64,000 bases of DNA from Patescibacteria group bacterium. Its GTDB lineage: Bacteria; Patescibacteriota; UBA1384; XYA2-FULL-43-10; 1-14-0-10-43-13. Shown here piece by piece: positions 48,158 through 58,502 of this stretch (position 1 is its first letter; each line of letters begins with the position of its first letter). The notes beneath the pieces are model-generated. The model worked only from the letters and a program-made list of their open reading frames with translations, did no database searches and was not told the DNA's origin. Made by a program: the position numbers and the translations under genes. The DNA is taken from NCBI GenBank assembly GCA_041666325.1, contig JBAYHC010000004.1, forward strand, positions 929 to 64,928, given 5' to 3'.

Positions 48158-49000
48158 ATGCAAAGAAAACCGGAAGGACACCCTCGCAACGAGGGTACGC
48201 CGAATCTTGTTGAGTTCCTCAACGCTCAACGTTATGTTAACGGCATTATGACCGGCGTCCACAACAGACGCTTGAATCAATGGCAGCATCACATCAACCC
48301 GGACCGGGCAGATGCCTTGTGCCAGGCGCTCAATGTTGGACCAATCGTCCTTACGCGATTGATGGCCGAATATAGCCAGAGCAGAGGGCTTCTGGCTGAT
48401 GCCATGGAGTTTAAGTCCGGCCTCTTGGCTCATGACCGCCGCACAACTCAGGCACGATTCATGACCATGCCTAAAGGGGCTACTGGTTGGCATGATGCCA
48501 ATGCGCAACTCGACGATTATCTGGAAGCACTTCACGAGCTTGAATTGATCGACCTTGAGCACTCGTTGTGGAATATCGAAGTCCCCGATCTGAATGCGAT
48601 CAATATTTACCATCCGCTCCGTCGCAACGGACCCAATTTCCCGCCTGTTCTATGGGACAGGAAAGGGCCAAGGCCAGAACTCGAGTCGGCACGCTTGATT
48701 GACCTCCTCGATCTCATCCTGGACGCAGCCTGCGTCGCCGTGATGAAGGGTTGGAAAAGACGCTATGGCAGCGATAAGCGCAATTTTCTACCCTTCCCGC
48801 ACAACCATACGACCGGATGGACATCGCTTTGGATTAATAGCGACGAGGATGCTGCCAAAGACAAGGCTATCCTTCATGTGATGACTTCCCCTTGCTTCCA
48901 AGACGATCCTTGTATCATTCGTCTGATGAAGGGCGGAGCGAATCATCCCGCTGCCATTCCGTTCCTCGGATCTGGCGCGACTGACGACACCGCGGATTAA
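48158..49000 (+). CDS. Hypothetical protein (ORFan)
   Basis: AAGGGAG before ATG 48158; terminator about 49071-49092. Confidence 0.65.
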   Translation: MQRKPEGHPRNEGTPNLVEFLNAQRYVNGIMTGVHNRRLNQWQHHINPDRADALCQALNVGPIVLTRLMAEYSQSRGLLADAMEFKSGLLAHDRRTTQARFMTMPKGATGWHDANAQLDDYLEALHELELIDLEHSLWNIEVPDLNAINIYHPLRRNGPNFPPVLWDRKGPRPELESARLIDLLDLILDAACVAVMKGWKRRYGSDKRNFLPFPHNHTTGWTSLWINSDEDAAKDKAILHVMTSPCFQDDPCIIRLMKGGANHPAAIPFLGSGATDDTAD

Positions 49001-49147
49001 TACTTCTTATACGAGAGAAGGTGTCGCTTCGTTTGCGGCGCGCAGTCATAAATCTATCTTACATTCCGCCAGCGGGCCTCGCCCGCTTTTTTGTTCGATG
49101 GAAATTGAATTTTGAAATGTACTGTGGTATAAGTAGTCTCAATCGCG

Positions 49148-49684
49148 ATGAAAGGACGAGCATCGATGCAAGCAGTGATCATGGCGATCAGCCTGAGCCG
49201 TTCAATTTGCGACAGACTTGGTACCCCTTTTCTTTCCGACGACGAGACAGACAAGATCAACACCTTGGATCAACTTGTCGCAGCACTCAATGAGCTAATG
49301 CGGCGAGAAGAACATCTGCTGCAACATCCTCTTGATGCCGGTCAATTGACCTGGCGTTACTCGCGGCCGACCAGGGGACGCGAAGTCTTGGGTCCAACTT
49401 TCGACCTCGATATGACCGAGGCAGCACACTACGCCAGTATCTATTACCTGCCCAACCGGTATGTCGTCGGCGTACTACTGGCCCCAGACAGTTGGCAGGG
49501 CCCCATCTGGCTGCGCATTCTCTACAATCTTCAGAAGGAGCAGCTCGACGACCACATCCATTATGATAGCCGCTATAACGACCTGGGCCCGGCCCAAAGA
49601 AGCATGCTTCGTCTCTTTCTCGGGCTTTACCCAAAGCTTTCTCATTTGTTCGAAATAAGCACAATCCAGATGCTAGCCGTTTGA
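49148..49684 (+). CDS. Hypothetical protein (ORFan); start may be ATG 49166
   Basis: TTGAAT...TGGTATAAG promoter-like sequence; AAAGGA; terminator about 49715-49737. Confidence 0.6.
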   Translation: MKGRASMQAVIMAISLSRSICDRLGTPFLSDDETDKINTLDQLVAALNELMRREEHLLQHPLDAGQLTWRYSRPTRGREVLGPTFDLDMTEAAHYASIYYLPNRYVVGVLLAPDSWQGPIWLRILYNLQKEQLDDHIHYDSRYNDLGPAQRSMLRLFLGLYPKLSHLFEISTIQMLAV

Positions 49685-49825
49685 CCACTCAGGCGTAACA
49701 ACATCACTCCATCCCGCGGGCTTCGCCCGCTTTTTTGTACACAAAAAGCCCCTTGTCTGCTTCTGCAAACTTGGGGCTTTCTTCTGCCTTAGCGCCTTAC
49801 TGCTCTATTGCCTACTGCCTTGCTT

Positions 49826-51760
49826 TTAAACTTCAATAACTACCGGTATGACCATAGGTCTTCGTTCGGTCTCGCTGTAGAGAAACTCCCCGATTTCATC
49901 GCGAAGTTTCTGCTTGACCAACCCCCAATCAGCCTTGGGCTGGACTTCACCCGGAACAGGAGAATGCTTCGCAAAGATTTTTTTGATCTCAGCACGAGCA
50001 TTATGCACCAACTCTTCATTCTCGCGCATATAGATAAAGCCACGAGAAATGATATCTGGAGAAGTCACAACCTCACCGGAATCATGATCAACGGTAACGA
50101 TGATAACGAAGATACCGTCCTGAGCCATTGCCTTGCGATCACGTAGAACAATGTTGCCAACGTCACCAACGCCTAAGCCGTCAACAAGGACGTATGAGGC
50201 TGGAACACGCTTGTTCGTCACCTCGCCCTTGCCGCTAGAAAACTCAATAACCTGGCCGTCATCGCAAACAAGACAATGCTGTTCGTCGACGATACCCATA
50301 TCCTGAGCAATCTGACTATGAAGCATGAGTCTGTGACGTTCGCCGTGAATCGGAATAAAATACTTGGGTTTGACTAATGCCAACATTAACTTTAGATCTT
50401 CTTGATTGGCGTGGCCAGATGTATGTACGTCCATCAACTTCTGATAAACAACCTTGGCGCCCTCGCGGTAAAGATTATCCATCAACCCGGAGACGCTTCG
50501 TTCATTTCCAGGGATAGGTGACGAAGAGAGAATAACAAGATCACCATGCTTGATTTTGATCTGACGGTGCTCGCCAGCAGCGATTCGTGTTAGGGCAGCT
50601 TTATCCTCACCCTGCGAACCAGTACAGACGATTACCACCTGGTCATCACGATATCGGTTCAAATCTTTGACATCAATAATAGTGTCCGACGGGACAATAA
50701 GCGCTTCGAGTGAAATCGCAATCTCTGCAGTCGTGGTCATACTTCTGCCAACAAAACAAACCTTGCGGTGATTTTTCTTGGCCACATTAAGAACTTGCTG
50801 AATGCGTGATATCAGAGTCGAAAAAGTCGAAACGATCACACGACCGTGCGCGAACTCGATCAACTTGTGCAAAGAATCTTCAATTTCTTTCTCAGAGATT
50901 GAAACACCGGGCTTCTCAACGTTAGTTGATTCAGAAAACAAGACCAATGGTTTTTGCGCTCCCAGCATTGCCAGAGCAGAAAAATCAGCTGGACGGCCAT
51001 CTGCTGGAGTGTGGTCGAATTTCCAGTCGGTAGCGTAAACAATCAAGCCCTCAGGTGTTTCGATGGCAAAGCCCATCGCCTGCGGAATACTGTGAGTTAA
51101 ATGAAATGTCGAAACACGGAAGGCCCCAAGCTGCAATACGTCCTCTCCGACCTTGAGTGTCTGCATCCGGGCATTCATGATACCAACTTCCTCGAGCTTG
51201 CTTTTGATCAAGCCGAGAGAAAGCGGTGCAGAGTAGATAATCGGGGATCCGATTCGCTCATAGACATACGGGATTCCACCGATGTGATCGAGGTGCCCGT
51301 GTGTTACAAGTAAGCCTCGAATTTTGTGCTTGTTTTGCTCCAAATAAGTCACATCAGGAATAATATAATCGATACCAGGCATTGTTTCGTCAGGAAACAT
51401 GAAGCCCATATCTATGACAAGTATATCGTTCTTATACTCAATAACCGTGGTATTCTTACCACCAGTCTCCTCAACGCCGCCGAGCGGGATGATTCGCAAT
51501 TTTGGCTCAAAAAAACTTTTCGCCTTGTCTGGCGTAACTGTCTGAGCGGTATAGCGAGGCTCTCTGTCCTCGGTTTTTGGACGTCTTTCGATGGCATCCA
51601 CTTTGCCCCTGGCGTCGTGTCGGGGTGCATCAGTGCGGACTCTGCTGCCTCTTTTGGCAGCTGGATCATTTCGCTGCACTGAGTAAGATTTACTTCGAGA
51701 ATCGGCCGACGGCCTCCTGGGGCTTGATGTCTGACTTGATTCCTTAGTTCTCGTATCCAT
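49826..51760 (-). CDS. rnj: Ribonuclease J with basic disordered N-terminal extension
   Basis: IIPLGGVEE, THGHLDHIG, HSIP, ESTN, CTGSQGE, HTSGHA, PIHGE, RRPMVIPV. Confidence 0.97.
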   Translation of the reverse strand: MDTRTKESSQTSSPRRPSADSRSKSYSVQRNDPAAKRGSRVRTDAPRHDARGKVDAIERRPKTEDREPRYTAQTVTPDKAKSFFEPKLRIIPLGGVEETGGKNTTVIEYKNDILVIDMGFMFPDETMPGIDYIIPDVTYLEQNKHKIRGLLVTHGHLDHIGGIPYVYERIGSPIIYSAPLSLGLIKSKLEEVGIMNARMQTLKVGEDVLQLGAFRVSTFHLTHSIPQAMGFAIETPEGLIVYATDWKFDHTPADGRPADFSALAMLGAQKPLVLFSESTNVEKPGVSISEKEIEDSLHKLIEFAHGRVIVSTFSTLISRIQQVLNVAKKNHRKVCFVGRSMTTTAEIAISLEALIVPSDTIIDVKDLNRYRDDQVVIVCTGSQGEDKAALTRIAAGEHRQIKIKHGDLVILSSSPIPGNERSVSGLMDNLYREGAKVVYQKLMDVHTSGHANQEDLKLMLALVKPKYFIPIHGERHRLMLHSQIAQDMGIVDEQHCLVCDDGQVIEFSSGKGEVTNKRVPASYVLVDGLGVGDVGNIVLRDRKAMAQDGIFVIIVTVDHDSGEVVTSPDIISRGFIYMRENEELVHNARAEIKKIFAKHSPVPGEVQPKADWGLVKQKLRDEIGEFLYSETERRPMVIPVVIEV

Positions 51761-52098
51761 AACTTATCCTTTCTTCCAGTTAGTCCCTCGTGGCCCCGGT
51801 TTAATGGGACGAAGGGGGCCTGTCACTGTAACAGAAAAACTGGTTAGAGTTCAATTCTTTAGTTCTAATAATATATCTGCAGACGATAAAAATAGATAAT
51901 AACTGCTTACGCCCTATGATTTTTGAGAATGCTATAGTTCACCCTTGGGAACCCCTACAATAAATCGAGTTCTATTTTGCTACTGCAAATTTAATTAAAG
52001 GATATCAGAAAGAAACAAGAATGTCAAGAAGAGTGGAAAGTAGAAAGGCAGCAACAAGAACAAACTGCCCCCCCCCTCCATCTTCTACTTTCTTCCCT

Positions 52099-54219
52099 CT
52101 ACTTTTTCAGCGTCAAGCTAATTCTGCCCTTGACTGGGTCGACTTCGACGACCTTAGCAGTAACAACTTCACCGATCTTTAGTACATCTGACACCTTCTC
52201 AATTCTCTTTTCGGAGATTTGAGAGATATGAATCATTCCATCCACTCGTGGCGTGATGCGCATGATGGCACCGATTTCTTTGCCGGACATTCTATCTTTT
52301 TTGATTTCGATAATTTCGCCCGTAATCGTCTCTCCGGGAATAATTTCGCGCATCATGGACTTGATGATTGAAATTGCTTTCTCGCCCATGGCTGGATCAG
52401 TTGACGAGACCATGACAGTACCGTCGTCTTCTATGTCGATCGATGTAATCTCTTTGCCGCCAGCTTCGTCGACAATTTTCTTAATTGTCTTACCGCCTGG
52501 CCCGATCAACTCGCCGATTTTATCTGGGTTAATCTTGATTGCTTCGATTCTTGGCGCATATTTAGAGAGCTCTTTTCGTGGTTCCGGAATAACCTTAAGA
52601 ATGGCCTCTAGGATTTCAAGCCGGCCCTTCTTGGCCTGGGCGAATGTATCCTTGACAATATCCATGGTCAAACCTGAAATCTTCGTGTCCATCTGGACAG
52701 CGGTCACGCCATCGGCAGTACCGGCTACCTTGAAATCCATGTCGCCGGCAAAGTCCTCAAGACCCTGAAGATCGGACAGGATTTTATATTCAGAAGCATC
52801 TTCGTTGGCAACCAAGCCCATGGCAATACCCGTAACCGGCTTCTCAATTTGAATGCCGGCATCCATCAGAGCCAGAGTCGAACCGCAAGTAGCTGCCATT
52901 GAGCTAGAACCATTTGAACTCAAAATTTCTGAGACGAGTCTGATCGTATAGGGAAAATCTTCCTGATTTGGGATAACCGGCTTCAGTGCCTTCTCGGCTA
53001 GGTAACCATGACCGATTTCGCGCCGACCAGCACCTCTCAGGGGCTTGACCTCGCCGGTTGAATATGGCGGGAAATTATAGTGATGCATAAAACGCTTGGT
53101 TGACTCTCCCTCCATAGTGTCGATCAACTGTTCCATCCCCGGCGATGCCAAGGTGGCCACAGTTAGAGCCTGGGTTTGACCGCGAGTAAAAAGAGCTGAT
53201 CCGTGAGCTCGAGGCAAAAAGCCGACCTCAACTGAAATGGGACGAATCTCCTCAACCTTGCGACCGTCAGGACGGACACCATCTTCAAGAATCCTCTTTC
53301 TTACTTCTTTTTCAACGATCTTGGCAAAGGCACCCTTGATCTCTGATTGTTTGTATGTGCCCTCGAGAGATTCCATAACTTCGGACTCGTAGGAAGCGAG
53401 TTTTGACTCTCTGTCAGCCTTATCCATTGCCTGAAGTGCCTCCTTGATCTTACCGCTGGCGATAGCCGAAACATCGACATGAAGCGCAGAAACCTCATCG
53501 GATTCAGCCGCAACTTCACGGGCATGATCCTCGGCAATTTTGTGTTGAATTTCAATAATTGGCTTAGCGAGCTTGATCGCCTGCTCGATAGCCTCGTAGA
53601 TAATCTCTTCTGAAACCTCTTTTGATTCAGCTTCGAGCATCATGACCCGGTCCTTCGTCATGGCAACAGAGAGATTAAGCACAGACTGTTCAATCTCTTC
53701 TTCGGATGGGTTATAAATAAGCTTGCCGTCAATCATGCCGACCTGCAAAGCTGCAATTGGCCCCTTGAATGGAGCGCTAGTCTGCATGAGAGCAGCAGAA
53801 GCCGCAACAATTGACATCATGTCGGGATCGACAGTGCCATCATAAGACAATACGGTGATAATGATTTGAATGTCATTACGGAAACTCTTAGGGAACAATG
53901 GGCGTATTGGGCGGTCTATCTTTCTGGCAGCTAATACAGCAGCATCAGACGGCCGGCCTTCACGTTTAATAAAACGGCTGCCCGAAATCTTGCCGGCAGC
54001 ATAAAAACGTTCCTCAAAATCAACCATAAGAGGGAAGAAATCGACACCCTCTCTCGGTTCCTTGCCAACCACAACCGTAGCCAGAATAACCGTATCGTTG
54101 CAAGTGGCAACAATCGAGCCGTCAGCAAACTCTGCCAACTTGCCGGTCTCAAGATGCAATTTCTTGCCGGCAAAGTCGACTTCATACTTTTTGATATCGA
54201 ATTCTCGCTCTTTTATCAT
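52099..54219 (-). CDS. pnp: Polyribonucleotide nucleotidyltransferase
   Basis: FFPLMVDFEER, HGSALFTRGQTQ, RREIGHG, SNGSSSMA, GDMDFKVAGT, KH and S1 domains. Confidence 0.98.
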   Translation of the reverse strand: MIKEREFDIKKYEVDFAGKKLHLETGKLAEFADGSIVATCNDTVILATVVVGKEPREGVDFFPLMVDFEERFYAAGKISGSRFIKREGRPSDAAVLAARKIDRPIRPLFPKSFRNDIQIIITVLSYDGTVDPDMMSIVAASAALMQTSAPFKGPIAALQVGMIDGKLIYNPSEEEIEQSVLNLSVAMTKDRVMMLEAESKEVSEEIIYEAIEQAIKLAKPIIEIQHKIAEDHAREVAAESDEVSALHVDVSAIASGKIKEALQAMDKADRESKLASYESEVMESLEGTYKQSEIKGAFAKIVEKEVRKRILEDGVRPDGRKVEEIRPISVEVGFLPRAHGSALFTRGQTQALTVATLASPGMEQLIDTMEGESTKRFMHHYNFPPYSTGEVKPLRGAGRREIGHGYLAEKALKPVIPNQEDFPYTIRLVSEILSSNGSSSMAATCGSTLALMDAGIQIEKPVTGIAMGLVANEDASEYKILSDLQGLEDFAGDMDFKVAGTADGVTAVQMDTKISGLTMDIVKDTFAQAKKGRLEILEAILKVIPEPRKELSKYAPRIEAIKINPDKIGELIGPGGKTIKKIVDEAGGKEITSIDIEDDGTVMVSSTDPAMGEKAISIIKSMMREIIPGETITGEIIEIKKDRMSGKEIGAIMRITPRVDGMIHISQISEKRIEKVSDVLKIGEVVTAKVVEVDPVKGRISLTLKK

Positions 54220-54351
54220 ATTCTTGTCAGCAATTAAGCTATTAAGCTGCTAAGCCCCACTAAGGGGCCCCTGGTGGGGCAAGTAAGCAATCCTTCCCTG
54301 GCCGTACTTACCTGCTTACATGCCTAAAAGCTTATCCGCTCCTTGTGTTAG

Positions 54352-54645
54352 TTATTTCCTTAAGCCTAGATCGGAGATCAATTTTGTGTATCCCTCTTCG
54401 CTTGTTTTCTTGAGATAGTTCAAGAGTCTGCGACGCTTACCAACCATCATGAGTAAACCTCTTCGGGAATCAAAATCTTTTTTGTGTTCCTTCAGGTGCT
54501 TTGTTAGATCAGAAACTTTTTTTGTAAGAATAGCGATTTGCACTTCAGTTGAGCCCGTGTCTCCCTCATGTCCCTGGTACTTCTTGATTAGATCAACCTT
54601 CTCCCCCTTAACTTTCTTTGCATCCTCCGTTGCTTTCCTTGCCAT
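54352..54645 (-). CDS. rpsO: 30S ribosomal protein S15
   Basis: [40 protein letters not shown]; upstream of pnp. Confidence 0.98.
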   Translation of the reverse strand: MARKATEDAKKVKGEKVDLIKKYQGHEGDTGSTEVQIAILTKKVSDLTKHLKEHKKDFDSRRGLLMMVGKRRRLLNYLKKTSEEGYTKLISDLGLRK

Positions 54646-54922
54646 TACACATCCTTTCGGCCAGCAAGCCAAGAGATACCTAGTTCGTAAAGTTTATAAG
54701 GTTTATAAAGTAATATTCCATCGAAATTTAAGAACTTTATGAGCTTTATGAACTTTTCACTTTATGAACTGGTTTCCTGAAACTGGTCTCTAAATTAATT
54801 AGTTCGTAGCATGGCTACGTTGAAATAATACAACATTCGCCTCAAAAAAACAAGAGGTGTTCAAAGCATTAGTAACAGCGAAATATTGGCTGCCAAGAGT
54901 TCAACAAAGCGGTCGATAGTGT

Positions 54923-56125
54923 CTACTCCACCTTCATGATCGGTGCAGTGCCATCCGGTGGTCGAACTTGAGAGCTCTTGTTGCGCTCTTTATAAAATTC
55001 CCGAATACGCTGAATTATCATATTCGAGCTCTCTAATAATGTCGTGCGGTTAACCTGAAAAGCTGCCGCCATTGGGTGGCCGCCGCCATCAAATACTTTT
55101 GCTATCTCCAAAACATCAGTCGAGGAGTCGACCGACCGGAGAGAACCATAAACGTCGCCATTTCTTTCTGTGAGCAGAAGCGCAAAATCAACTCCAGAAG
55201 CGGTCTTTAGAAGTTCATCAATAACACCACTGGACTCACTTTCAGTCGCACCCACCTCCAGATAGTCCTTTTTGTAGAGCTCGGACCAAACAAAATGATT
55301 TTCCTTCTCGTCGTGGAGATTGGACAGTGCCCGGCCCCAAAGCCGCAAGGTTGAAAGAGGCTTGGTCTTGTATACATTCTTAATAATATCTTGCTGGTGT
55401 GCCCCAGCCGCAACCAATTGGGCTGCAACTGTCAGGGATTTGGGTGTCGTGTTCGCGTTCTGGAAGGAGTTTGTATCGGCGATAATTCCAGTCAACAACG
55501 CTGTTGCAATCTGTTCATCAATAAACTTGGGATCTCCTGCCAAAGCCTCCAAAACTGAGACCAATATCTCCGAAGTCGAGGTAGCTGTAATATCAACCAG
55601 ATTAATCTTGCCATAGTGGCTATTGGCAGAATGGTGGTCAATATTCACTACTGGTAACTCATAAAAGGCCTCGGCATTCTTCTCGTAAATCGAACCCAAT
55701 CGCTCCAGGTCAGTCGCATCAAGGACAATAATTGCTTCATATTGAAAATTTCCCGAGGGGAAGCTGACCATGCCTTGATCAAACTGACCGTTCTCGGGCG
55801 TGATAATGATATCGATAAAATTGTCTCGCGTCTTATACAGAAGCTTGTCGGCTTTTATCTTGGAGGTATCGACAGAAATGACAAAATCGCGCGACCCGTT
55901 GAACTCCTGCTTGATTACACCGACATCAGAGAGATAACTAAAAATTGTTGGCGCGGCATCGTTACAGATAGCCATCGCCTCTTTGTTGAGTTTTTTTAAA
56001 GAAAGGAAAAGTGCCAGAAGGCTACCGACGGCGTCACCGTCAGGGCTCTTGTGGGTATAGAGAAGAAATTTTTGCTTACTGCGCAAAATATTAACGACTT
56101 GTTGTTTCGGCGTTAATTCCATCAT
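54923..56125 (-). CDS. DHH/DHHA1 phosphoesterase (NrnA-like) with internal insertion
   Basis: HKSPDGDAVGS, NIDHH, GIIADT, SLRS, GGGHPMAA. Confidence 0.92.
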   Translation of the reverse strand: MMELTPKQQVVNILRSKQKFLLYTHKSPDGDAVGSLLALFLSLKKLNKEAMAICNDAAPTIFSYLSDVGVIKQEFNGSRDFVISVDTSKIKADKLLYKTRDNFIDIIITPENGQFDQGMVSFPSGNFQYEAIIVLDATDLERLGSIYEKNAEAFYELPVVNIDHHSANSHYGKINLVDITATSTSEILVSVLEALAGDPKFIDEQIATALLTGIIADTNSFQNANTTPKSLTVAAQLVAAGAHQQDIIKNVYKTKPLSTLRLWGRALSNLHDEKENHFVWSELYKKDYLEVGATESESSGVIDELLKTASGVDFALLLTERNGDVYGSLRSVDSSTDVLEIAKVFDGGGHPMAAAFQVNRTTLLESSNMIIQRIREFYKERNKSSQVRPPDGTAPIMKVE

Positions 56126-56234
56126 GCTCAATCCTTTATCATTCAAAGTACTTCAATATAGCTAAGGCGAGCCTGGTTGTCAAATAACGACAATTTTTCT
56201 CTTGCTGTGACTGTATTATTGGCCAAGCAGCGTC

Positions 56235-56263
56235 TTGACGTTAGCGACGATTGGGTGTAGAAT
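56235..56263 (+). promoter_or_regulatory. sigma70-type promoter
   Basis: TTGACG-17 nt-TAGAAT. Confidence 0.6.
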
Positions 56264-56336
56264 TACGCACGTAAATTGCCCTCGCTGTCTACGCACACAG
56301 AGTAGTCCAGCAGAGTGCAGTTTTGGAGGAAACAAA

Positions 56337-57371
56337 ATGCTGAGAAGACGTCCATGGGACTGGGACGGCTTGATCCGGTCCGAAGACAACAAGGCTTGGA
56401 AAGAGTGGGTTGATGCAATTCACCCCGAGCCGAGAGATTTGCAAACATTGCTCAACACCCCGTCAATACGACCGGGCTTTAAGGCACGAGCGCTAAGCGT
56501 TGCCCTTGCCCCAACGACAAAGGACATACCTGTTTATTGGCACGAGCGCAGAGTAGCCGGTCTTCATCCCGTCTCGAGTGCGCTTAACATCAGGGGAGTT
56601 GATCATGCCGTTGTGGCAACATTGATTAAGGCAGTCAACAACATGTCGAAGGGCAAAGCCACCCTGGACGACGATACTGCGGGCATTCATCAAGGTTATG
56701 TGCTGCAGGCTCTCAAGTACCTTCCGGTTGACCATGCAGCCGCTCAGGCAGCATTTGGCATGTTCTGTCTGAGAGAAATCTCCTGTTTCTACAATATGGA
56801 TGACGCCAGCGGTTATCGGCCGTTCAGGCACCTTCTCTTTGACACAGACATTCCGCACAAATGGAAAATCAGTGCCGATGTCAAAATGCGCCAGATCATT
56901 GATGATGAAATAGCCGGCAAGCTACGACCGAGAGCTGAGCACGAGGCGGCCCTGCCTTGTTATGCTAACATTGTAATGGCAGACTCGTTTTTATGGGACA
57001 AAGTCGAACCACCTTACCCCACTGACCTATTGGCGAGTCAGATTGATTTTATCTGCCAAAGGCACGCCGGTGTCGATCGAATCATGCTTGTTGACAAAAG
57101 CATCATCTCCCTCATAACGTGTTTGAAGGACCCGAACTATCTGCAAACGTGCCGCGCTTTCGTCAATTTCGTGCTTGAGAAAAACTTCTTCTCACCCGGG
57201 GACTCGATTGAGTACTTGTACGCCGTTCTTCACGCCTGTGGCGAACAGGAAAGGGCCAACCATGTCCTTGCTGCTCGAGATGCGCGTGACCAAGCCAGGG
57301 CAAGAGAAGAACAAGATCGGAGCTTGACGCGTTCGCGACGAGATACCGCCTGGGCAGCACTGCGAGCTTGA
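56337..57371 (+). CDS. Hypothetical protein (probable distant paralog of 38459..39505)
   Basis: GGAGG before ATG 56337; terminator GGCTGGCC...GGCCAGC followed by T-run near 57397-57425. Confidence 0.7.
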   Translation: MLRRRPWDWDGLIRSEDNKAWKEWVDAIHPEPRDLQTLLNTPSIRPGFKARALSVALAPTTKDIPVYWHERRVAGLHPVSSALNIRGVDHAVVATLIKAVNNMSKGKATLDDDTAGIHQGYVLQALKYLPVDHAAAQAAFGMFCLREISCFYNMDDASGYRPFRHLLFDTDIPHKWKISADVKMRQIIDDEIAGKLRPRAEHEAALPCYANIVMADSFLWDKVEPPYPTDLLASQIDFICQRHAGVDRIMLVDKSIISLITCLKDPNYLQTCRAFVNFVLEKNFFSPGDSIEYLYAVLHACGEQERANHVLAARDARDQARAREEQDRSLTRSRRDTAWAALRA

Positions 57372-57515
57372 TGTTTGGGCGTTTCGCCCATTTCCACGGC
57401 TGGCCGGAATAGGCCAGCTTTTTTTATTATAAATCGCTGCAACACAGTCTTTACTTATTTCCCATTTCCTGCTATTGTAAGGAGGTAAATTTAATCTAAC
57501 TGAGGAATTCTTTCA

Positions 57516-57815
57516 ATGCCAGTTACAAAATCAGCCAAAAAGGCCCTTCTTGTTTCGATTCGCCGCAAAGAAGAAAACGATCAAGTCCGAGCCAAGGTCA
57601 AAAGTGCTGTCAAGAAGACAAAGATCAGCATCAAGAACTCAAGCAACGAGATTGCAAAAGATTTGTCTGCTGCTTTTCGCGAAGTCGATTTGGCCGCCAA
57701 GAAGCATGTCATGCATCCAAACAAAGCTGCTCGTATCAAATCAAGACTTGCTTTGCAGTCTGTAAAAATTGACACTGCTCCCCCAGCTCCAAAGGCAAGC
57801 AAGGCCAAGAAATAA
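57516..57815 (+). CDS. rpsT: 30S ribosomal protein S20
   Basis: MPVTKSAKKA...DLAAKKHVMHPNKAARIKSRL. Confidence 0.96.
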   Translation: MPVTKSAKKALLVSIRRKEENDQVRAKVKSAVKKTKISIKNSSNEIAKDLSAAFREVDLAAKKHVMHPNKAARIKSRLALQSVKIDTAPPAPKASKAKK

Positions 57816-57844
57816 ATACATCACGACAACTCGCTCTGCTCATA

Positions 57845-57879
57845 CACAAAAAGAGCCCCTCAACAGGGCTCTTTTTGTG
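57845..57879. terminator. Bidirectional terminator
   Basis: CACAAAAAGAGCCC-CTCAACA-GGGCTCTTTTTGTG. Confidence 0.85.
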
Positions 57880-57888
57880 ATCAGAGAA

Positions 57889-58431
57889 CTATTTTGTTTC
57901 GATTGTGCTTGTCCGCGGGAACATGATAGCCAGAGCCTTACCCACCAAGAATCTTTTTTCCACCGGCCCGAAGTAACGTGAATCATTGGAGTTGGGCCGA
58001 TTATCTCCCATTAGAAAATATTGGCCAGTTCCAATCTGCCACTCTCCTTCAGGCTCAGTAATAACAGTCGCCGGAATATAGAGCTCCTTAAGCTTCGTGC
58101 CATTAATATAGACCCGGCCATCAGAGATCTTAACTTTCTCTCCCGGCATCCCGACCACTCTTTTTACATAACGCTTGTGCTCTGGATCACCCGGATACCG
58201 CACCACTGCGACTTCTCCCCGTTGAGGCAAGCCATCGCCCCGGTAAGCGCTTTTCTGCAGCAGGACCAACTCCCTATTGTGCAGATTTGGCTCCATCGAC
58301 AAACCATCAACGATGAAGAAGGTAAGCCAGAACGTATTAACAACAACAATCAAGACAGATGCAAAGACCACCCAGCGCGTTAAATCCAATACGATTCCAC
58401 CGCCATACAAAATTCGATTAACAAAGGTCAT
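57889..58431 (-). CDS. lepB: Signal peptidase I
   Basis: GLSMEPNL, YVKRVVGMPGE, MGDNRPNSNDSRYFG. Confidence 0.96.
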   Translation of the reverse strand: MTFVNRILYGGGIVLDLTRWVVFASVLIVVVNTFWLTFFIVDGLSMEPNLHNRELVLLQKSAYRGDGLPQRGEVAVVRYPGDPEHKRYVKRVVGMPGEKVKISDGRVYINGTKLKELYIPATVITEPEGEWQIGTGQYFLMGDNRPNSNDSRYFGPVEKRFLVGKALAIMFPRTSTIETK

Positions 58432-58502
58432 GTCATGCTCTCCATTAGTCATAAGACACAAGAAAAATTTCCCGCCACTCGCAGTAGATGCTCCTAAAGA
58501 CT

